From positions 1-36,768 of IMG/VR virus record IMGVR_UViG_3300030330_006431: a DNA stretch of 36,768 nucleotides; one strand, 5' to 3'. This document shows positions 8,623 through 16,269 of this stretch, in pieces; within the stretch, counting starts at the first letter, position 1; the number at the start of each line of letters is the position of its first letter. A program made the position numbers and the translations under genes. Origin of the DNA: a virus. Its lineage: Duplodnaviria; Caudoviricetes. A model generated the notes under the pieces. It had not been told where the DNA came from. It searched no databases and saw only the letters and a program-made list of their open reading frames with translations.

Positions 8623-9664
8623 AGATTTTGTTATACTTAAGTTTTTTGAGCTAGGTTATTACCCAAAGTATAATAAATTTAATAACGTTTATCAATGTAG
8701 CTGTCCTATTTGTAAAGAGGGTAAGTCGTTAGGTAAGAAGAGAAGATGTTATTATATTCCAAAGAATGAAAATATATTCTGTCATAATTGTGGTTGGTCG
8801 GGAAAACCGTTAAGATGGATAAAAGAAGTATCTAATTGTTCTGATACTGATGTAGTAAATGAATTAAAAGAATATGTACCTGATGCAGAAGATATTATTG
8901 TTAATAAAGAGGAAGCTCGACCAACTATTCAAGTCGAAACCTTACCTAAAGATAGTATTAATCTGTCTGATCAGTTTCAGCTTGACTATTATAATGACAA
9001 CTCTGTTATTACAGCTGTTAGATATTTGGTTAAGAAACGTAGATTAGATACGGCAGTAAATAGACCGGAAAGCTTATACGTATCATTAACTGATAGAGTG
9101 CATAAAAATAGATTAGTTATTCCTTTTATTAATGAGAATAAAGAGATAGAGTTTTATCAAACTCGTACAGTTTTAAATAAAGACAATAAAACAAAACCTA
9201 AGTATTTAGGTAAAGTACAGGCGGAAAAAACTTTGTTCAATATTGATAGAGTATCGAGTGATCATGATAAAGTTTATATTTTTGAAGGTCCTTTAAATGC
9301 TTTCTTTACTAAAAACTCTATAGCAGTAGCTGGTATTACCGAACGAGGAAGGTCATTTACTCAAAGACAAGAACAGCAACTTAACTCTTTAAAATGGTAT
9401 GATAAAATATGGATACTCGACTCGCAATGGGTTGATCAAGCATCATTAGTAAAGTCTGAAGCACTTCTTAAACAAAAGGAAAAGGTATTTATATGGCCTG
9501 AAAAGTTTGGAAAGCGTTTTAAAGACTTTAATGATATAGCTATAGCAGCTGAGATAGATGAAATAAGATGGGAGTTTATAGAAAAAAATACCTTCGAAGG
9601 ACTCGAAGGTATTGTAAAGTTATCGGAGATTAAAAAATACCGAAATCAGATTAAACATACTTAA
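8606..9664 (+). CDS. 61: DNA primase, T4 gp61-like
   Basis: Zn ribbon CPIC...CHNCG, RLVIPF, YQTR, PKYL, TOPRIM IFEGP, KDFND. Confidence 0.92.
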   Translation: MISLPEDFVILKFFELGYYPKYNKFNNVYQCSCPICKEGKSLGKKRRCYYIPKNENIFCHNCGWSGKPLRWIKEVSNCSDTDVVNELKEYVPDAEDIIVNKEEARPTIQVETLPKDSINLSDQFQLDYYNDNSVITAVRYLVKKRRLDTAVNRPESLYVSLTDRVHKNRLVIPFINENKEIEFYQTRTVLNKDNKTKPKYLGKVQAEKTLFNIDRVSSDHDKVYIFEGPLNAFFTKNSIAVAGITERGRSFTQRQEQQLNSLKWYDKIWILDSQWVDQASLVKSEALLKQKEKVFIWPEKFGKRFKDFNDIAIAAEIDEIRWEFIEKNTFEGLEGIVKLSEIKKYRNQIKHT

Positions 9665-10088
9665 ACTGAGAGTTTCCAGTTTGAGCTAAGTAACCTTTAA
9701 ATGATTCTGTTACTCCAGCAAGCTCAGTTGCTACTCTGGCAAGCTTACGCTGTTCTGATGCTTTCATTCTATCAAAAATAGTATCAGGCTCTGCATTAGC
9801 TAATTGCTGTTGAATAGAATTAGGTTCTTCACCATTTAAGTAGTCTAAAAATGCTTCCATAGCCTTAATCCACCCTCTTAGCTCCTCTTTCATAGCTTCG
9901 TTGCGCTCATTTACAGCCATAGCAGCTTTAACATTAGGATCTTCATCTGCTACTGTTTCATCAACATCCACATTAACATCAAAATCCTTAGCATCAGTAT
10001 CGTCTTCAAGTTCAGCTTCAAAAGCTACTCTATCTGCTACATCTTCTTTTACTAAGCTCTTAAAAAATCGTCTTTCGAATTTGGTCAT
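9651..10088 (-). CDS. Acidic late protein, possible head-internal or scaffold-like protein
   Basis: 145-aa ORF with TAAATA 5 nt upstream; N-terminus MTKFERRFFKSLVKE. Confidence 0.75.
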   Translation of the reverse strand: MTKFERRFFKSLVKEDVADRVAFEAELEDDTDAKDFDVNVDVDETVADEDPNVKAAMAVNERNEAMKEELRGWIKAMEAFLDYLNGEEPNSIQQQLANAEPDTIFDRMKASEQRKLARVATELAGVTESFKGYLAQTGNSQFKYV

Positions 10089-10090
10089 AA

Positions 10091-10118
10091 AATTATTTAT
10101 TCTCGAGCATAAATAATT
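10091..10118. promoter_or_regulatory. Divergent pair of TAAATA late promoters forming a 28-bp near-perfect palindrome
   Basis: AATTATTTAT-T-CTCGAG-C-ATAAATAATT; each TAAATA is 5 nt from an ATG (10088 on -, 10121 on +). Confidence 0.75.
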
Positions 10119-10120
10119 AT

Positions 10121-10477
10121 ATGAATGGAGCAGAATTTCCTTACAGTGTTAATCCGGATGATACCCCTATTAACTTTAAGATGTCAACAGTTGGTCAAGA
10201 AATGAAATATAAAGATGATGAAAAGCATCAGAAAGCCCCTCCTATACTACCTTATGATTTAAATGAAATGAATGAAATGTTAGGAAATATATTTGTAACT
10301 TTAGCTGAATTAAGAAATATGTTATCAAGAGTGAAAGATCAACCTGTAGAAGGGCCTACACAACTTCCGTATAATGGGGTAAATAAAGGAGCTATTGATA
10401 ATATTAACAATAAAATTGATGAAATAAATAAAATTATCCTTGATATTCCAGAAGATTTGGCTAAAATAGCTATATGA
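10121..10477 (+). CDS. Hypothetical late protein with coiled-coil hairpin
   Basis: 118-aa ORF, TAAATA upstream, two heptad helices. Confidence 0.75.
   Translation: MNGAEFPYSVNPDDTPINFKMSTVGQEMKYKDDEKHQKAPPILPYDLNEMNEMLGNIFVTLAELRNMLSRVKDQPVEGPTQLPYNGVNKGAIDNINNKIDEINKIILDIPEDLAKIAI
10440..10467 (+). promoter_or_regulatory. sigma70-like promoter TTGATA-N16-TAAAAT
   Basis: -10 ends 6 nt before ATG 10474. Confidence 0.55.
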
Positions 10478-10929
10478 CTCTATTGAGGTCAATTTTAATT
10501 ACTATTCTTGTATCTTTAGGCTTTGCGTTTGGTTTAAAAAATTTACTAGGTTTCTGGGAAACTTTTGCACTAGCCTTTGTTGTACAATTTATTGTATCGT
10601 TTGTTTATAGATCTTCTAAAATAAACCAAGTTCAAACACTTACAGGTGATTTTGAACAAGAATTAGACCAACTATTAAGTCTAAGTGAAACTAAAATAGT
10701 ATGTCCTTGTGGCGGTTATACGTATACAACTAATATATTTCCTAATATTGAAGAAACGTTTAAATGCGAAAAATGCGGTAATGATTTTAGAGTAGATATA
10801 TCTATAACTCCGACATTACTCACACAACCTATATATACGGAGCAAACGGTAAATAATATACAAGAAGTTGAAGACTTAAAAGATGAAATTAAAATAACTT
10901 CAGATTACCAACCGGGAACGGAACTATAA
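10474..10929 (+). CDS. Membrane protein with two N-terminal TM helices and a Zn ribbon
   Basis: Two hydrophobic segments in the first ~45 aa; CPCG...CEKCG. Confidence 0.8.
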   Translation: MTLLRSILITILVSLGFAFGLKNLLGFWETFALAFVVQFIVSFVYRSSKINQVQTLTGDFEQELDQLLSLSETKIVCPCGGYTYTTNIFPNIEETFKCEKCGNDFRVDISITPTLLTQPIYTEQTVNNIQEVEDLKDEIKITSDYQPGTEL

Positions 10930-10940
10930 TATAATTATAT

Positions 10941-11174
10941 ATGGATAAAAAATATACTTTTAATTTAAAAGACGGTACTACAAAGACCATGGAGTTCGAT
11001 GAGTTGGTTAGGTGGTGCTGTTTAATTGAAGCTCTTGAAGTAGTAGACAATCAAGAAGTAAATACAGATAACGATAAATGGATTAAGCCTTTAGCGTTTC
11101 AAAAATATATTGATGAAAGATTTCATTCAATGAAGCATGATCTTAAGGTAGAAGCTACAATGGGTAATCTTTAA
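10941..11174 (+). CDS. Hypothetical protein
   Basis: 77-aa ORF; tandem TATAAT at 10925-10935, 5 nt before the ATG. Confidence 0.75.
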   Translation: MDKKYTFNLKDGTTKTMEFDELVRWCCLIEALEVVDNQEVNTDNDKWIKPLAFQKYIDERFHSMKHDLKVEATMGNL

Positions 11175-14100
11175 AACCCTAGCTTATTACAATCCTCTTC
11201 ATCATCGCAAAGATTTTCCTTTTCGTTAGATCCAGAAGTTGTAGGTGTAACCGTTGTACTTGTAGCCTCTTCTTCAAATGAAAATGGAGGCGGTACTTTA
11301 AGAGTACTGTTAGTATCAAAGTTAATATCACTTAAAAACGGTACTTGAAGCGGTAAAACCGGTGCAGGATAAAGTAAAATTTCTGTTTCTGGCTCCGGTT
11401 CTTCTGGTTCTCTAGGGATTGGAGTATCAGGATCTTCACCTTCTTCTACACCTCTTCTAGGAACAGGCGGTTTACCGCAATCTGCAGGTACAAATGGAGG
11501 AAATTCCGGAGGTGGAAATATAATTGTAGGAGGAGGACCACCACCAGGACCACCACCAGGACCTCCACCAGGACCTCCACCGCCACCGGTAGTCGTAGTA
11601 GTAGTACCTCCGCCATCCCCTGGAATAAAAATACCACCTCCATCATAATCATCATCCGAATCACTTGAACTATCATCAATACAAACACTACCACTAGATG
11701 GATCTGTTGGATCTAATGGACCAGTTATACAGCAAAAACATTTGCCCCTACTAGTTGGATCTATTGGATCGGCTATACAGCAATCACTAGATGGGCCAGG
11801 TATGATAATGGTACCATCACCATCTTCTTCTTCAGGAGGAAACGGTGGTATAGGATCAATTATTATGCCACCGCCAGGAAAAATAATAGGTCTCACGTCA
11901 TCATCAGAATCTTGATCATCAGTAGCACTACCGCCACCAATAGTACTACCTGGAAATATAGGACCAGGAGCACATACACGACCCCCTCGTGTTATACATA
12001 CTGTACCTCCGCCTGGAAAACATACAGTACCCCCACCAGGTAAAGATACACTACCATCACTTGGTAAGCACGTTTCACATCCTTTAGATACACAACATTC
12101 GCATCCTTCTGGAGTGTTAACTACACCACCACCAGGCAAGGAAATCTCACCCCCACCGGGTAAACTAACTGTACCTCCTTTAGGTAGACAAACTTCACCC
12201 GAACCAGGTAAGCATACTGTACCTGCACCGGGTAAACATACTTCACCACTAGGAACACATATATCTTGCCCGGGTAAGCAAACTGTACAACAACCCGTAC
12301 AACACCCACCCACGCTGGTACAGCCATTTATACAACAATTTATAGCAAGCTCTGCTTGCTTAATAGCTACTAAACATTCATCTGGAGTGGGTATATTACA
12401 ATTACATGTAGTATCATTATTGCACCCATAACCTGGGTTAGTATTAACGCAAATAGTACATAAATCACAAGCACATACACTCTCAGTAGTTTCTACTGAA
12501 CAAAACATACATGTATCTGTCTTAGTATCATTGCATACAACAACTGTTGATGTATTTACGCCTTCAGTGCTACTATCTTGTCCATCTACAATTACTTCAT
12601 CAGCAGTTTTTGATTCACCAGTAGTATTAACTATAGTTTGTACATAATCTGTTTTTGGAAATGTTAAAACATTAGGAGTTTGATCATCACTCTTACTAAC
12701 TTCTCCTTTGTTGGCAGGTTTATTTTGTGGAAAAACTACTACAGAGCTATTATTAAAAAATGGCCGGCCTTGTCCACTTAACTTATTACCAGCAAAAGTG
12801 TTAGCTTTTAACTCTGCTGCTGATGATGCAGCTGGTTTATATATAAGGTCAAATTTAGAAGGTTGACCTAGGGAATATTTTATAGTTTCTAATTTATCTA
12901 CAATTGTAGCTCCACCAAATTGAAGTTTATTAGCCTCTAAAGGACCCGGATAATTAGCAAAAGTTAAAATAGCAGTTTCATTATTTTGAGGAAAATAATC
13001 ACCGTAAATTTGATTATCTATTACTGCAACACCATTACTCTGTTCTATTGAAATAGCAGGTCTTACAATAGTTTCACCTTCTCCTTGAGTTACTGTATTT
13101 GAATTTATAACGCCGTTCCAGACTTGATATGTCTGTATTCCAAACTTTGAATTTGAGATTAAGTTATCTACTATTTCAAAAGAATCAACATGAGCAGAAA
13201 TAGAAACTCCTTTACTAACACTTGTAATAATATTGTTTTCAATTAAAGCATTTGATGAATTTTGAGCTACTTCGACACCACCTCCTTTGCCGCTTCCAGT
13301 AATATTATTATCTTTAACTGTAATATCATTAGCTCCTTGAACAATAGAAACACCTGCAGTAAAAGTATTTTTAAGGTTGGTTTGTGTACCGAATTCATTT
13401 ATAAGATTATCCTGTACTGATAATTTGCTAGTTCCATTACCGGTAACTTCAATAGCACTTCTTCCTATATCTGTTAAAGTATTACTAGAAATAGTTGAAT
13501 TACTTAATGAATTAGCTCTTATACCATTTCCCATTAACGTGTTAGATCCTCGTGTACCGTTAATTACGTTGTTTGTAATAACAGCGCCGTCTATATTCCA
13601 TAAATCTAATGCATTATTTTGAGTATTTTCAAATAAATTATTTGTAATAGATAAATTAGTAATAGGCTTAGCATCAGGTAATAACCCGGGAACGGTTTTA
13701 TCTGAATTAATTAAAGATTCAACAAAATTATAACCTAAAACTGAAACCGCTGACCACTTGTCACCCGTTCCTCCATTATTTTCGAAAGTAATTGAATCAA
13801 TTTTTATATTATCTGGAGCGTCAAGTGATTGTCTAGTAGGTCTAGTAACTTGTATACCTATTCCTAGTTTAGTTTCACCTGCAGGTTTTAGTGTAAATCC
13901 TCTTAACTCAACATTACTTTCTCTAATATCAAAAGCCCAGTCTTTGAAAGTTATAGTTGGATTACTAAATCCTAGAATTTTTGTATTACCAGGTACTTTA
14001 ACATGATCTTCTAAAGTTATATCTGAATTTACAAAAACAACATCGTACTTATTAATAGCAGCTCTTAATTCTTGTTCATTAGATACAAACTGAGGTATAA

Positions 14101-14971
14101 CCGGTTCGCTTACAGTTGGTGTTTCAGTTTCGGTTTCTCCTAGATATTCTTCTTCTGTAGTAGCTGTTGATTCTTCAGTTTCTTCAACAACTGCAGGTTC
14201 TTCAGGAGCTACTTCTTCAATAACAGCCGGTTCATCTGAAATCACCTCTTCAACAATCGAAGGTCCGTCATCAGTAACTACTTCTTCAACAATCGAAGGC
14301 TCGTCAGAAACTACTCCGAGATATTCGTCTTCTGAAGTAAAATCTTCATCTCCTTGTGGTGGAACGGGTACTTCGTCTACTGATTGTGCGCAACCAGCAC
14401 CTGGTGCGACACCGCATTTAGCAGCTCCAGCGCAGTTACTACAGCCTCTAGCAGGATCACAAGCCCCTGTTCCTTGTGTTGTAATAGTTTGATCTGGATA
14501 AGTTATAGTCTGATCTCCATGATTACGTTTTTCATGGGTTACTGCCGGCGACACTGATTCTTCTTCCTGTGTCTGTTCATTATTAGGTACAGAAATATCG
14601 ATAACTAAATCTATACCAATGTCTTCTTCAGCATTAGAAAATTGAATAGTAAAATCTAAACTACCATCAATTGGATCAGCAATACCTTCAAGCATCTGAC
14701 CTATAACTAAGAAGTATCTACCTTCAATTATTGTGACATAAGTATGACCGCTTAAACTTAACAACGGGTCATTAAAAGCATCCTTTTCACCATTACGATC
14801 ATAAATTTCATAATTTATTTCTGGTTCAAAAAATCTATCAACTTCTATTTCATTTAAAAAAACTAAACCTTCTGCTCCTTCAAATGAATTAGGTATACCA
14901 CCGCCACCAATCTCCGGTCTCTGTTGTAGCTTTCTATCTACATTTAAAACTTTTAATTGAGTTATTTGCAT
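11171..14971 (-). CDS. Large mosaic virion-associated protein: Ig/cadherin-like N-terminus, acidic repeats, right-handed beta-helix, Cys-rich and Gly/Pro-rich C-terminus
   Basis: Parallel beta-helix repeats (NLSITNNLFENT, AVITNNVING, STISSNTLTD, ITVKDNNITG); last gene of the tail module. Confidence 0.8.
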   Translation of the reverse strand: MQITQLKVLNVDRKLQQRPEIGGGGIPNSFEGAEGLVFLNEIEVDRFFEPEINYEIYDRNGEKDAFNDPLLSLSGHTYVTIIEGRYFLVIGQMLEGIADPIDGSLDFTIQFSNAEEDIGIDLVIDISVPNNEQTQEEESVSPAVTHEKRNHGDQTITYPDQTITTQGTGACDPARGCSNCAGAAKCGVAPGAGCAQSVDEVPVPPQGDEDFTSEDEYLGVVSDEPSIVEEVVTDDGPSIVEEVISDEPAVIEEVAPEEPAVVEETEESTATTEEEYLGETETETPTVSEPVIPQFVSNEQELRAAINKYDVVFVNSDITLEDHVKVPGNTKILGFSNPTITFKDWAFDIRESNVELRGFTLKPAGETKLGIGIQVTRPTRQSLDAPDNIKIDSITFENNGGTGDKWSAVSVLGYNFVESLINSDKTVPGLLPDAKPITNLSITNNLFENTQNNALDLWNIDGAVITNNVINGTRGSNTLMGNGIRANSLSNSTISSNTLTDIGRSAIEVTGNGTSKLSVQDNLINEFGTQTNLKNTFTAGVSIVQGANDITVKDNNITGSGKGGGVEVAQNSSNALIENNIITSVSKGVSISAHVDSFEIVDNLISNSKFGIQTYQVWNGVINSNTVTQGEGETIVRPAISIEQSNGVAVIDNQIYGDYFPQNNETAILTFANYPGPLEANKLQFGGATIVDKLETIKYSLGQPSKFDLIYKPAASSAAELKANTFAGNKLSGQGRPFFNNSSVVVFPQNKPANKGEVSKSDDQTPNVLTFPKTDYVQTIVNTTGESKTADEVIVDGQDSSTEGVNTSTVVVCNDTKTDTCMFCSVETTESVCACDLCTICVNTNPGYGCNNDTTCNCNIPTPDECLVAIKQAELAINCCINGCTSVGGCCTGCCTVCLPGQDICVPSGEVCLPGAGTVCLPGSGEVCLPKGGTVSLPGGGEISLPGGGVVNTPEGCECCVSKGCETCLPSDGSVSLPGGGTVCFPGGGTVCITRGGRVCAPGPIFPGSTIGGGSATDDQDSDDDVRPIIFPGGGIIIDPIPPFPPEEEDGDGTIIIPGPSSDCCIADPIDPTSRGKCFCCITGPLDPTDPSSGSVCIDDSSSDSDDDYDGGGIFIPGDGGGTTTTTTGGGGGPGGGPGGGPGGGPPPTIIFPPPEFPPFVPADCGKPPVPRRGVEEGEDPDTPIPREPEEPEPETEILLYPAPVLPLQVPFLSDINFDTNSTLKVPPPFSFEEEATSTTVTPTTSGSNEKENLCDDEEDCNKLGF
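11535..11590 (-). repeat. 12-nt tandem coding repeat (GGGP)n
   Basis: + strand ggaccaccacca/ggacctccacca units encoding GGGGGPGGGPGGGPGGGP. Confidence 0.8.
11960..12290 (-). repeat. Degenerate 24-nt (8-aa) coding repeat G[TE]V[CS]LPGG
   Basis: GEVCLPGA GTVCLPGS GEVCLPKG GTVSLPGG GEISLPGG ... GSVSLPGG GTVCFPGG GTVCITRG. Confidence 0.85.
14170..14310 (-). repeat. Acidic 10-12-aa coding repeat (DEP[SA][IV][VI]EEV)
   Basis: SDEPSIVEEV, DDGPSIVEEV, SDEPAVIEEV, EEPAVVEET; tcttcaacaatcgaagg occurs twice. Confidence 0.8.
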
Positions 14972-15834
14972 TATTCGGCGGTAATATTAGTTACAGTTGT
15001 ATATTGGGTATTTGGGTTAACTGATAACGGAGGTGTCATAACTGTTTCAGTTAAAACTTCGCTACCCTCATAACCTTCTACGTTAAAATTGCGTAAGAAA
15101 AAATTCTTAGCACTTAACCCCGTGTTGGTTGTTGATACAGGGGTAGTAAACGAGAAACCACAATAGATGTTATTTAAATTATTAAAATTAGTCAATCTAG
15201 GCTCTATATTAATAGTTGTGAGTAGAGTATATTCCGTAGTATTATCTTCTCTAAAATCGATATGAATCTTTTGCCCTAAATTCACATATCTAAATCTTAA
15301 TGCTCTAAAACTATCAGTGGATAAAGTAGAAAAGACATTAGAAATAGTAGATAGAGGTGAATTAGCTCTTACGTTATGTAAAACATCTCTAACTACTAAT
15401 GATTGTCTATTAATATCATTGAGACCTACACCAGGTCTTTCATCTCTACCTGAAAGAGCATACATTCCAGTAGAATCAAATGCTACCTTTACAAGACTAC
15501 CACTTAAAATACCACCTTCAAGTAAGATAGTTGAATCACTTTCAGTTTTTAATACCAACGGAGATTCCGTTAAAAGAGCGTGAGCAGATAAAATAAATTC
15601 CGGATCTTGATCCCCAATATACTGGCCTGGCAGGGAAGAAAGTGGTGCAGAAAGATTAGTAATAAATGTACTAAACCCTAATTCGTAATTAGCTGGATCT
15701 GGTATATTTGTAGCTGGTAAACTATATTCAAAGGACCAAATAATATCATAATTCGAATTAAATTTTTTACTTGTCTCTACAAATGTAAAATATCTTGCAT
15801 CAGAAGGTAATTTTATGTCACTAGGAAAGGCCAT
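14971..15834 (-). CDS. L-type (legume) lectin / ConA-like fold protein
   Basis: WSFEY, GFSTFI, KVAFDS (cf. VEFDT), IYCGFSFTT (cf. YVGFSAAT). ATG 15834 preferred over track 15837; TAAATA at 15841-15846. Confidence 0.6.
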   Translation of the reverse strand: MAFPSDIKLPSDARYFTFVETSKKFNSNYDIIWSFEYSLPATNIPDPANYELGFSTFITNLSAPLSSLPGQYIGDQDPEFILSAHALLTESPLVLKTESDSTILLEGGILSGSLVKVAFDSTGMYALSGRDERPGVGLNDINRQSLVVRDVLHNVRANSPLSTISNVFSTLSTDSFRALRFRYVNLGQKIHIDFREDNTTEYTLLTTINIEPRLTNFNNLNNIYCGFSFTTPVSTTNTGLSAKNFFLRNFNVEGYEGSEVLTETVMTPPLSVNPNTQYTTVTNITAE

Positions 15835-15851
15835 CAATTATATTTAATTAC

Positions 15852-16064
15852 TCAACCCTTTATAAAAGTACAGGTATAAGAATTAGTTATCTCAAGTTTG
15901 GTTTTAAATACTAAATAATACCCCATTTTTACTAACTCTATCCTTATAGTTTTAAGATAATCTTCATGTATATTAACTAGAATGCTGTCATTTAACTCAT
16001 CATACAATACGTAATCTGAAAATTCTTCGCACAACGAACAACCTTTCCAGACACTTGCATTCAT
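15852..16064 (-). CDS. Small hypothetical protein with CxxC
   Basis: 70 aa; TAAATA (16070-16075) 5 nt upstream. Confidence 0.7.
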   Translation of the reverse strand: MNASVWKGCSLCEEFSDYVLYDELNDSILVNIHEDYLKTIRIELVKMGYYLVFKTKLEITNSYTCTFIKG

Positions 16065-16072
16065 ACAAGTAT

Positions 16073-16237
16073 TTATTCTTCGAAGACTTCAATAATTTTT
16101 TCTATTTTTTCAATAAGTATAGCATTATTAGCGAAAAGATTAGTATCCGAAAATTTAAAATGTGTATTATTTTTTAATATTTTCTTAAGTGTAACAAAAT
16201 CTTCGTAGTCTAGACCTTCAACAATTACTTCTTCCAT
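16073..16237 (-). CDS. 54-aa hypothetical protein absent from the ORF track
   Basis: MEEVIVEGLDYEDFVTLKKILKNNTHFKFSDTNLFANNAILIEKIEKIIEVFEE*; fills the gap exactly and its stop overlaps the next TAAATA. Confidence 0.7.
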   Translation of the reverse strand: MEEVIVEGLDYEDFVTLKKILKNNTHFKFSDTNLFANNAILIEKIEKIIEVFEE

Positions 16238-16269
16238 ATTTTAGTTATAGTAAAAATAACTAAAAGCAA

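Noticed and set aside
10474-10929. Holin call for the two-TM protein
   Set aside because: Early-type promoter, a Zn-ribbon domain and no adjacent endolysin.
9651-11174. Intrinsic terminators at the convergent junctions (9651-9664, 11171-11174)
   Set aside because: Genes overlap end-to-end and no GC hairpin with a U-tract is visible.
11446-14006. Short nested or antisense ORFs in the track (also 1179-2529, 5205, 6595, 9901, 15317-19724, 20714-22804, 24410-35693)
   Set aside because: Shadows of Gly/Pro-rich or biased codons inside well-supported genes; no motifs or promoter context.
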